Translations under genes and position numbers: made by a program | The notes under the pieces: model-generated | What the model saw: only the letters and a program-made list of their open reading frames with translations | Databases searched by the model: none | What the model was told of the DNA's origin: nothing | Part shown: in pieces, positions 25,401 to 38,200 of the stretch | How the letters are laid out: each line of letters starts with the position of its first letter | How positions within the stretch are numbered: position 1 is the stretch's first letter | Origin: Octopus vulgaris | Taxonomy: Eukaryota | Length of the DNA stretch: 64,000 nucleotides | Assembly (NCBI GenBank): GCA_951406725.2 | Contig: OX597819.1 | Span: forward strand, 40,238,001-40,302,000 | Direction of reading: 5' to 3'

Positions 25401-28400
25401 TGGCTGCCTTCAAGTAAGTACTTGTTTTACTGTATTTTTGTTGTCTTTATTAATATTTATTTTTATGTGTGTAAGGCAGCAAGCTGGCAAAATTGTTAGC
25501 ATATCATCATCGTTTAACGTCTGCCTTCCATGCTGGCATGGGTTGGACAGTTTGACTGAGGACTGGCTAGCCAGAAGGCTGCGCCATGCTCCTTTCTAAT
25601 CTGGCAAGGTTTCTACAGCTGGATGTCCTTCCTAATGCCAACCACTCTGAGAGTATAGTGGGTGCTTTTTATGTGCCACCGGTATGAGGGCCAGTCAGGC
25701 GGTACTGGCATCAACCACACTCGAATGGTGCTTTTTACGTGCCACCAGCATGGGAGCCAGTCAGGTGATTCTGGCAACAGCCATACTCAAATGGTGCTTT
25801 TTATGTGCCACTGGCATGAGACCAACAGAAGCTTAGCAGCACTTTATCCATCTTTATATTCTGGGTTCAAATTCTGCCAAGCTTATCTTTGCATTTCAAG
25901 TACCCTTTGAGCACTGAGGTCAATGTAATCATCATAATCCCTTTTCTGAAGTTGCCGGCCTTGTAACCAAAATTTAAAACTATTATTCTTTGGCGATGAG
26001 CTAGCACGTTGGACAGAATGCCCAGTGGTATTTTGATAACTGCTACATTCTGGGTTCAAATTCTGCTGAGGTTGACTTTGCCTTTCATCCTTTCGGGGTT
26101 GATAAATTAAGTAGCAGTGAAACACTGGGGTCAATGTAATTGACCAGTCCCCTCCCCTCAAATTTCAGTCCTTGTGCCTTTAGTAGAAAGGATTATTATT
26201 TTCTTTATTGCTGTTACTACTACTACTACATATAACAACCTCTCTTGGTTTTTGACAGATTCACTGAGCAAGAGATGAAGCTGATTCTCGATCTCATAAC
26301 ATCACAACCTCCGCTGACAGCTGCCGGCGCTCGATTTGTCTCCCTTGGACTCTGCTTCCTTATTTCATCTCCGTATTTTATGACGTAAGTTTATTCAATT
26401 AATGTCGAGGACCTTTTTGTTTACATTTTTCACAAAACATATTGCATGGATGTGTTGTTGAACAGTTAGCTTCACAATTACCTGGTTCCTGGTTCGATCC
26501 CAATGTGACGTACCTTACTCAAATATCATTCACCATTTTCTTTAAGTTGTAACCAAGATGTGTTTCATCAAACCAGGTCAGGAATCTTGATCCCATCAAG
26601 TTCATGCTGTGTGTCTCTGCCAATAATATCAATGTACGTTATTAAGTGGTCTGGATCTTTTCGGTTTGAACGGCAATTTTTTCTAGCGGTGTATATGAAG
26701 TTGTCACCCATAATTATGACCCAAGTATCGATCTATTGCATTTCAATCTGTTTTGGGGTGGAGAGAAGGGTATCTTTTTTTTCTTCACAAATGTAACTAA
26801 ACCCAATCTGTTTCTTAAACGAGGGACATATTCATACGGCACAGAATGTTTTTTTTTTTACCTCAATGGACGTCATTGATTGGTTGAAATTGCAGAAATT
26901 GAAGAAAAAAACAACAAATATCTTACAAACTATAGAATTTTCTCAATAAAGCCAAGAGAAAAAGATGTTTTATAAACACATTCTACTAGTATACGAAGTT
27001 TAAAATTTTTTAGTTACCTAGAAATTATGTTAAAAACTACCATTCAAACTGAAAAGATCCAGTGGTCTTTATCCTCTGTAAGGCTGCAGAAGTTTCCAAA
27101 ATATAGCATCTGATATGGCCTGGTGTTCAGCATGATAGAACTGGTCAGCAAAACCTACCCTGCATTAGTAGAGGTGGCTGACAATACAATAGCCGAGATG
27201 GCTGGCAGATTGATGCTTATAATCTTCTGTATTACTTATATTAAAATCAAGTATGAAACATTTTGACACAGCTGCTTTGGTACCATCTATTTGGTGTTGC
27301 TGATCCAACAGTGATCTAATTGTATGGAGGCACATGGCCTAGTGGTTAGAGCAGCGGACTCACAGTCGAGAGATCACCTGTTCGAATCTCAGACTGGGCA
27401 ATGTGTGTGTTTATGAGCGAAACACCTAAGCTCCACGCAGCTCCAGCAGAAGGTAATGGCAAACTTCTGCTGACTCTTTCGCCACAACTTTCTCTCACTC
27501 TTTCCTCCTGCATCTTGCAGCTCACCTGCGACGGACCAGCGTCCCATCCAGATGGGGAACCTATACGCCAAGGAAACCGGGAAACCGGCCCTTATGAGCC
27601 AGGCATGGCTCGAGAAGGAACAAACAACAAAACAGTGACCTAATTGACACCAAATATTTCAATGTTTCTCTTGTTCTATCTCTCTCTCTCTCTTTCTCTC
27701 TCTGTATGTAAGCATCTAGTTATGTTTGTATGCATGTGTCATGTCTCTCTCTCTCTCTCTCTCTCTTTATATTTCTGTGTGTATATGCCTGGGTGTGTGT
27801 TTGTGTCTGCCTCTAGTGCCAAAATGTAATGTTGTCAAAACATACTGAGTATCCAGTCTGCCAAGCCAAATCATTAGTATCCAAACCGCTGCACCCAATT
27901 GCTTCATTCTGATTAAAATCACTGTCATTAATTCAAGAAATATGTTTTCAATTTGTGGCTTCTCTCATTTCAGAACATCTGAACAAGAAGGACAAGTAAC
28001 TGAGTGGATTCGTTGGTTGATGAAGTTTGGTGATTCCTTTGAGAAGTGAGTAAAATAGATCAGTTCTATTGTGTACCACTGAAACTTGTTGAAACTTTTC
28101 TTCTTTACTTAATCTTCATGTAAACAACAGCAACAACAAAAAAATATAATTAAGTCAGTATTAACATATTTAATGTAGTGAGTATCTGAAATCTAATTAG
28201 AAATTATTAATAATTATCTGATAAGGAAAAGACAGCATTTACTCAATAACTAGTATTATTTTAATAATATCAGCAGATATGGGAGACAAGTCTAGACATG
28301 TTTTGGTCTTATTAAACTTCCTCAGCAAAGCACAATGTTCACCATACGTACTGAACTACTGGATCTTTCATCGGTTTCAATGATTAGTATTCACTTGTTC

Positions 28401-29220
28401 AATTAACTGGTGTCCAATTCATTATATTAATGTGTAAGTGGCTGAGTATTTTTCAGACTCAGAGTTAAAGTATTCCACCTTTAAATTAATTCCCAAACCA
28501 ATTTACAATATGTGATGGGGCTGGACCTGTCAATGTATATGTACACTCCATTTGACAGTCATCTACAGAATTTCTGTGTATAAAATGTTGCTTAAGAAGG
28601 CTTAGATCAAACTGAATCTATGTTAAAGACACTTGTCGAAAATGTCACGCAATGGGATCGAACCCAGAACCCAGAATCATGAAATGAACTTCTTAACCAC
28701 TAAACCTTCTCTGCTTCCACTCTTGTTGAAATAATGACTAGAGAATCACTAAATAAATGTACAATATTATACGCTTATAGACATAGAAAAGTTTAAAATA
28801 TTCAGAGAATAAATTTCTCTCAGATGTTATCTATTTGAAAAAAAAACAATAGTTCAGTTAATGTAGCATTGTTGATGTAGGAGATATCAAATAGCTAAGT
28901 AGACAGGTCCTTTGTAAATTTGTATTTTTAATAATTTCTTTCTGAAGTGAGTTACACTTTGCCAGATTTGGTATAAATTGTTGTTTGATTCAGTTGACTT
29001 ATGATCAAAGGTGTTCCATATGTGACTATTCCATCTTTTTCATCATCATCATTGTTTTAATGTCTGCTATTCCATGCTTGTTTTATTTTTATTTCTCAGA
29101 GAAACTGGTGGTACATCTTTTGAGGAGCTCCTGTTTTTGATAGCTATCCATTTCCATAGTAACCAGACATATGCTATTGCTGATCTTGTATCTGCTACAT
29201 TAGGCATGAAGGTAATGTGG

Positions 29221-29262
<42 letters not shown>

Positions 29263-32200
29263 CTCTCTCTCTCCTCCCTCTCCCCCTCTCCCTCTCTCTC
29301 TCTTCTGCATAGGCTGGAGGTTGGCAGAAAACCACAAGTCCACCACGTTATGTGCTGGTATTTAGTATATCTGGTTGATTCAGTGTGATCAGTATTCTGA
29401 CTACAATCATCACTTTTTTTTTTTTGTGGAACATACTAGTCTGACATTTAGGATATGAAGCAAAGTGCCCTCTATATTTAAGACAGTACAAAGTTTGCTG
29501 ACAGATATTAAGCTGTTAGAAGGATTTTGTTGAATCTTTCATAATTAGGCTTAAAACATCTTGAATTATTTTAATTTGGTTCTTCATGTTTCTGAATTCA
29601 CATTTCATCTCAAGGCTGATTTTTGCTTAAATTTTCTAATAATTTTATATGTTGATTTACATAAGTTTGGTTTCCTTGCCTATCCTCACCTATGGTCATG
29701 AATTTGGATAATGACCAAAAGAGTGTGATCATGAATATAGGAATCTGAAATGGAGTTTCTCTGAAGAATCTCTAGAGTAATGTTACTTGACAGGACGTGT
29801 TGCTCCGAGATTAGAGAGTCTTTCCAGTTTGAAGAATACTTCTCTGCATTGAGAGGTTACAGCTGTGGTGCTATGGACATGTGATTAGAATGTTGCAGGA
29901 AAAAAATCGCAAGACAGATTCTTCAAGCCAATACATTCAAGTGGAGATCTAGGGGTTGACCAAGAATGAGATAGCTGGATAATATCCATAGTTTCTGTTG
30001 GTCATACCTGGGAATCCAGCCAGAAAGTCAAATGATTATTGCTTCTGAAAGGACCCTATGGAAAAGATGCTTGAGGTCTCTATCCCTACAATCCTCCCAA
30101 AGACAGTGTGGGGAGATGGATGGATGACTGAACGGATAGATGAGCTAGCTTGGTCAAGTATAGATAGAAAATGTTTCCTCACAAAAGTGTTTATAGCCAG
30201 CTGGAGAAGGTGTCCTCCTGGGGCTACAAACTACAGTAGCATCCACCCTTAGGGGTTAGCCATATTTAAATGGCAAATATACGTTACGATAAACTAAAGG
30301 GTTTAGTGGGAAAAACTACTTTGAAAATTATTAAATGGAACATCCCACTTAGTTTTTTTGTTGCCTTACTTCTACATCTTTGGCTGCTAAATATGTCTGG
30401 GCTCTTCAACAACCTTGTCTCACTTGATATTGATTGAGATCCTATACTTTCTTCTGTGATCATCACAGAACCCCTAATCATATGTGGATGTACAGTTGAT
30501 ATGTATATATGTTGATCATAGCTATATTTTGACATGTCACATGTGTTTTGTGTTTAGGCCTTAATTTCTCCTGGCACCTCTTGATTTTTAGCTGTGTTAT
30601 CCATCAAAAAGCATGGATTGAAAAGAGAAAAACAGAAGCCATTTGCAAATTGACACTTCTCGATTGCCATCATTTGCCACTAGTGAAAGGATAATTTTTG
30701 AAGGAAATATTCTGTACATGAGAAGACCAGGCAGGACAAGTGAGCCCAGCCCACTTATGAATGCCTTTCCTCCCTTGGACACAAAGACCGGTTGAGGCAA
30801 GCGAAGTCGATATAGAACCTCATCCGACGACAGACACCCATGCCAACCCCCCATGCTTGCGAAGACATGTTGGGGCAAGCGAAATCGAAATCGAAACCGA
30901 ATTGAACCAGCCAGGATCCCTGGCCTGGTGGTACGTAAAAAGCACTATCCGACTCGTGGCCGTGGCACGTAAAATACTCCAATGCGACCGTACGACAGGC
31001 ACCCATGCCAACCCCCTTTGCTTGTGAAGACATGTTGGGGCAAGCGAAATCGAATTGAACCAGCCAGGATCCCTGGTCTGATGGTATGTAAAAAGCACTA
31101 TCCGACTCGTGACCGTGGCATGTAAAATACTCCAATGCGACCGTACGACAGGCACCCTTGCCAACCCCCTTTGCTTGTGAAGACATGTTGGGGCAAGCGA
31201 AATCGAAATCGAATTGAACCAGCCAGGATCCCTGGTCTGGTGGTACGTAAAAAGCACTATCCGACTCGTGGCCGATGCCAGCACCGCCTCGACTGGCTTC
31301 CGTGCCGGTGGCACATAAAATACACCAATCTGACCGTGGCCGTTGCCAGCCCCGCCTGGCACCTGTGCAGGTGGCACGTAAAAAGCACCCACTACACTCA
31401 CGGAGTGGTTGGCGTTAGGAAGGGCATCCAGCTGTAGAAACATTGCCAAATTTAGACTGGAGCCTGGTGCAGCCTTCTGGCTTCCCAGAACCCCGGTCGA
31501 ACCGTCCAACCCATGCTAGCATGGAGAACGGACGTTAAACGACGATGATGATGATGATGATCCACCTAGTCTTCATTTTCATCATCATCACCATTCTGCT
31601 ATCACCAGCACCACCACCACCACCATTTTTTTATGTATTAATGTTTATTATTATATTCTATGTCCATATTGTAAAGTAATGTATATTCTTCTTTCTAATT
31701 TTAGAGTCCAGTAAAATCGAATTCTCTGACAAAACTACGTTATATTTTTACTCAGGAAATTTTTACTGAACAAGTAAGAGAATTTTCTGTCAGATTTTTA
31801 AAAGACTTATGATTTCTCTATTTTATGAAATATCCTATATTTAATCCAAGATAATGTAGTTAATGTAACCCCTCAGATGATAATGCCTATGGTATAGAAA
31901 ATAAACAAATACCTATACATCTTGTTCCCATCATACAAGTGTCTTCATATTAACCAACTTAAAACTACTTCTGAATCTTTTATATGAAACCACCTGCTGT
32001 AACCCTTTAGCATTCAGATTACTCTGTCAAATGTAATGTTTATTTATTCACATTGTTTTAAATCAATCATGCATTACCTTGTAGCTTCAAGATTTCGATG
32101 ATGTAATTGATATTTTTAGCATGACAATGTAAGCTAGGTGTGAGAGGCTATAGATCTAGCTGGTATGAACATAAAAACAAGTAAAATATTTCGACCAGAT

Positions 32201-35200
32201 ATGGATGGTTTAAATCTTAAAGGGTTAAAAAACATATTTAAATAAAAAATTTGCATAATAATTTTATTCAAGGTACTTTTATCAAATTATGTTCAGGACA
32301 CCAGTATATTAATAATGAAGTTAATTATTTCACTAAATACTACTAAATTCTTGAGGTTTTTCAAAATTAATTAAGACAGGTAGACAGTGTATTTCATTAG
32401 AAATATGATAAAAAAAAAGGATTAAACTATAATAGAATAGAACTGAAGTGATAATCAAATATATCTCTGTGTTGTTGTTGTTATGTAGCATTGTAATACT
32501 ATGTAACATTATATATATATTTACTAATTACAGTTGTATATCATGTTTTATATAACATATGTATTAGTAATTACCACTATGTACTGTGATGCTTGCATAT
32601 GTCAGTGTTATTGTGTTGTGATGTGTAACATTATTATGGAGTAGTTTATTTTTTAAATAATTATTGCTATGTATTGTTGTATGTAGCATTATAACATAAT
32701 GTTTGGATTTAGTAATCACTGTTACATATTGTGTTTTAGTAACCAACTCTCACTTTCTTTCTCTGCTTATTTCAGGTCATTACAATGCATGCTGTCAAGG
32801 TACCAGTCACTCCACAATTGAATGCCAATATGACTGGTTATTTACCTGTTCATAGTATTTACCAATTACTCAAGTCCTATTCTTTTGCCAAACATAAAGT
32901 ACCTATAAAAGTAAGTTCTTTGCAAAACTATCTCATATTGATTTATTGATGTAATTTTTTTTTGCTCTGAACTTCCTGGGACATGGACTTCCTTCTCTCC
33001 TTACACTCATTTAAGCTACAAGATCTGGCAATGTTTTCTACATTATATGGTGCCAAGCAGTAGGATTAAAGTCCTATAAATTGAATATAGTCAACAAGAT
33101 TAATCACCAAAGTATGTATTTGATTAAGAAAATCAATCTAAATCAATTGGTTTTATTTATCTCTTACTTGGGACAATGAAAATATATTAGTTGTTGTAGT
33201 AAGGAAGAACAAGATTTTTTTTTTTTTTTTAATAGAAAAATTCAAATAAAAAGGGTTAATATTTTGTTTGAAATCCTTGTGGAAATAGTTCCAAAGTAAT
33301 GACATTCTAAGGCTGCTTTTGGAGAGATATGGAAGGCTTTGATTGAAATGGAATGACTACAGAGAATTTAGTAAAAATGTGTTTGGAATGGTGAATAAAA
33401 GTAGTAGCATTTCATTGCTTGATGAAATATTGAGGATTATCTACTATGGAAAATCTGCTAATGAATGAGATGACTTCTTTATTTTCTCTTGAATAATTAT
33501 TTGATTTATTGTAATCTCTCTATTTCAGGACTGGATATACAAGCAGATGCTCAATAGTTCAGTACCTTTACATACCAAATTGCCACTTCTTATTGAGGTT
33601 TATGTGAATTCAATTCTTGTAAAGGGCAATAAGTCAGATTTTCAGAATGAACCTATTGGTGAACAAGAAGTGTTAGATGTCTTTAAAGAATCTGTGTTTA
33701 CTGTCCGCTCAAACTGCATGGTAGAAACTTCTAAACCTAATCAAAAGACAAGTGAGGAGCAACCTTGCCTCACGCCACAACTTCTAATGTTATATTATAT
33801 GCTACTTTATGAAGATTCTTTGCTCAATAATATGAGATCAATTGGTAAGTTGTTACTTTATTGATGATGTCAAATTGAAAAACAAATATTGATTTTAAAT
33901 CTGTTGTGTAAGCTTGTGGTGTAGTAAGCTCTCAGCAAACTGAGTATGAGATGTAGGTTTGATACCTGGTTGAAGCATCTTGTTTATTTTATATTATCTT
34001 TGGACCTATGATTTCGGGTGTGGTCAATCACTTAGTGATGAGGGAAGAACAATATACAAGATACTTTGCAAGGCCTGCTAGATTAATGGGAGGTAGAGAG
34101 GAAAGGATCCTCAAAGTGAAGACCTGGACCAAATTTTTGTGATGGAGTGGACCCTGCTAAAGATACCCAGGAAGAGGTGCTAAACCTGATGACAGATCAA
34201 TTCTACTACCTAATAGGCCACAGCAGGTTTTGAACTCAGAACACAAAGAACCAGAACAGTTACTGCAAAACATTTCAACCAACTCTCTAACAATTCAGCC
34301 AGTCCTCTGCTTTCAACTGATACTTCAGTTATGGGACCCTGGAAGGATGAAAAATAAGGTTGAACTTAGAACACCCCTCTCTTTCTCTCTCGATATATAT
34401 ATATATATATATAAGGCATTTTGTCTGGTACTCTAAGGACTCTGCCAATAATTTGTTGCCTGGCATATTCTATGAAGATGATGTTCTTCATTAATGATTC
34501 AATAACTAATGAACCACGATGGTTCACATTTCAAGTTGTTATTGTTTGTATTGAGTAGTTCTATTAAATGGATGTAGGACTAACTCATGGTTAGTTTTGA
34601 CCCACAAAGGGCCTACACACTGCAGTGTATGTGTAATATGCGTTCAACTGTCAACTTCTTGCCTAAAATTCTCTGTTATGATGCCATTCATCTTCTGTCA
34701 ATCCATTACTGGTTAAAAGTCTTGTCATGCCATACCTGTGTGGGTTGTAGGTGTATCTGTACATGCCAGCCAATTATGGGTTGGATAGGGTGTTCCTGTA
34801 GTCACATGATTACTTCTGGCCATTGTACCCCTAGGCATGATCTGAACTCAAAATTCAAAGACCTGGAACAGATTCCTGCCAAAATATCTCTTCTAATGTT
34901 TCTAACAATTCTACCAATCCACTGACCTGGCTAGGTATTTTAGTTATCCATACTGAAAGAAAGGCAAAGTTGATCTAGGCAGGACTTGAACCAGAGTGTA
35001 GAAATCCAAAGCAACATTCTATCTGATGCTCTAATGACTCTGTCAATTTTTCATGTACAGCTATTATTCTTCAATGTGTTGATAATGAAATTCTCCAAAC
35101 AACAGCCACTATCTGTATTATTTGTTTATTCTTCATTCCCTACAATCATCAATTTCAGTGAGCTGCAACCGTAAAATTAAGGTTTATCCTGAATATGTGA

Positions 35201-38200
35201 TGGAAGAAATCCCCATAAATTTTCTAATTCAAGAGGCTCAGAAAAACCAACACTTTTATGCTGGTCTATTTTCTCCTCTGTTAAGGTTAGTATCACAGCT
35301 TTGCTTACATTTAAACAAATGTTTGTTAGTATTTACCTACATCTTTAAAAAAAAATGTAGCAAATATAGGCTTGGTGCAAGGTTAAGATGTTTGCTTTGG
35401 AACCTTGTGGTTCTGGGTTAATTCCCACTGTGTAGACACTGTTGGTTGGTGTCATCTACTTTAACTTGGGTCAACTAATATTTTGGGAGTAATATTGTAG
35501 ATGGAAACTGGAAGAAACCTGTCATATATTTTCATATACATAAATAAATTTGTGTGTGTTCTTGTTTCAACATGTATAAAATAAATAAATGTGCCCTTTT
35601 AAAGCCTAGCCAGGCTCATGGGCCCGGTTTCTATGGCATATGTGTTCCCCAGCTGGACGGGACACCAGTCCATCGCAGCGTTACTCATTTTTGTCAGCTG
35701 AGTGGACTGGAGCAACATGAAATGAAGTGTTTTGCTCAAGAACACAACGCGTTGCCCGGTCCAGGAATCAAAACCACAATCTTACGATCATGATGCTAAC
35801 ACCCTAATCACTAAGCCACGTGCCTCCACTTTCAACATGTATGCACTGACTATAATGAAGATCATCATTCATACAAAACATAGTTTTATGTTTACAGTTT
35901 TTCCATGCAAAGCATGTTCAGCTTGATTGTTGTTTGATAGACCTGGGAAAATATTACCATGGAAACAGATGAGAGTTGGGAACAGGAAGAGCATCCAGCC
36001 ATAGAAAGATTTAATTCAACATTGTTCCCCCTGACTCATACATGGGAAACCAACGGAAGTGGTGATGTGGATGTATGCAATTTACAGAAATGACTCCAGC
36101 ATAACTGAATGATTACCTCACTATGATGAGGTTAACTGTGCAGTCATGAGCTCCTGTGTGACATCTTGGGAAAATGACTTTTACCATTATCACCACAATG
36201 GTATCGTTTATATCATCATCATCATTATTTAACATCTGCCTGCCATGCTGGCATGGGTTGGATGGTTTGACAGGCGCTGGCAAGCTAGAAGGTTGCACCA
36301 GGCTCAAATGATCTATTTTGGCATAGTTTCTATGGTTGGATGCCCTTCCTAACACCAACCACTTTATGGAGTGTACTGAATGCTTTTTACACTCTGTAAA
36401 ATGGTTAGCATTAGACATGTAGCTGTTTATGAAAAGATATTAAGAAATAAGAATCATCTCTTCAGTCCTTTTAAAACAGCTTTCCCTCTCTTTTACAGGT
36501 TACTAGCAACACATTATCCACATTTGTGTCTTGTGGAGGATTGGTTGGAAGAGTCTGTGGCTCCAGTAGGACTACTGCCCTCTCTAGGAGCCTCCTCTAA
36601 GAATGTATGTACCCCTGAGGCCTTTCAGAAAGGTAAATATATATTTTCTTGAGTTGCAGTTGTTTTTTAAATAATTTCATCTTAGATTGTGTCTTGGGAC
36701 TACATCATGATTAAGACATTGTCATCATTAACCTTTTAGTGTTCAGATTAATCTGCCAAATGCAATTCTTATGTATCCACATTGTTTTGAATTAATCATG
36801 CATTATCTTGTAGTTTTGGGATTTTGATGGTGTGATTGTATATTTTTAGAATTTTATTGTAGAGTAAGCATAAGGAGCTGGATTTGGCCAGTTTGGACAC
36901 AAAACTGGTAGAATATAGAATATATAAGCTGGACATGGCCAGTTTAACTGCTAAAGGGTTATAAACCACACACACACATATACATGTGTATATACATGCA
37001 ATGTTGTAATTACTTTTATTTCATTATTATTTTGTCAAATAATATATGGCTGTGTGTTTAAGAATTTCACTTCACAACAAAGTATTTCCAGGTTTGATCT
37101 TACTGCACAGCACCTTAGACAGGTGTCTTCTAAGACAAAGTACTAGAATCATATATAATTGAATAAAACCATTGAAAGTGGTACCTCATTATTGTTGCAG
37201 TCCAAGGATTGTATTAAATATATTATGTATCAAAATCCTTCACTATACATTCACAATTTGGTCATTGATAGTCTACTTCAATGTAACATATCTTGTTAAA
37301 GGTATGTTATTCGTATCATAGCTATTATTGGTCTTTAGATGAGTGAAACTATTGTTATTTAATTTTATATAAGCATAGGCCTGGCTGTGTGGTTATGAAG
37401 TTTGCTTTGAAACCTTGTGGTTTTGGGTTCCATCCCACTGCATGATATATTGAGCAAGTATATTCTTCTATAGCCCTGGGCTTACCAATGCATTGTGAAT
37501 GAATTTGGTGGACAGAAACTGTGTGAAAGCCCATCATATATGTGTGTGTCTTTGTGCTTGTGTTTGTCCTCTTCACCACTTGACAGTGTTGGTTTGTTTA
37601 CATCCCCATAACTAAGTGGTCTGGCAAAATGAGACCAATAGAATAAGTACTAGACTTCAAAAGATGTACTGGGGGGGGGTCTGTCTAATCTAACTAATAC
37701 CCTACAAGGTGGTGCCCCAGCATGGCCACAGTTCAATGACTGAAAAATGATAAATTATTTAATTCTCTTCTTCCCAACTGAGAAATAAGGTTTTGTTGAT
37801 TCAACACCATTGAGGTCAATTTTTAGCAGCTCTCTATGCCTTGCCACATGTGCAAACCATATCTCTCAGCTCTCCTTCACCTGTTCTATGCTCGATGTTC
37901 TTTAAGTGCCCAGGCTTTTAGTTTACAGATAGCATCCATCTTGATATTAACTATGCTGTCCTGTTACAATCCATTCTGAATGTGTGGCCTAACTTTCTGA
38001 ACTGCCCGTGTTTTATTACAAGAGCCAATGAATGAAATGGAAATCCTTAACCCTTTAGCATTTAAACTGGTCGTGTCCAGCCTAAATGTTCTACTTGTTT
38101 TATGTTAAAACTAACCAGATCTGGCCTCTCACACCTATCCTAGAATGTCATTCCAAAAATAAATAATCACATCATCGAACTCTCAAAGCTACAAGATAAT

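Noticed and set aside
30820-31509. 229-aa minus-strand ORF as a nested gene
   Set aside because: It lies entirely within a tandemly amplified S4 repeat, and the same pseudo-peptides recur at other copies.
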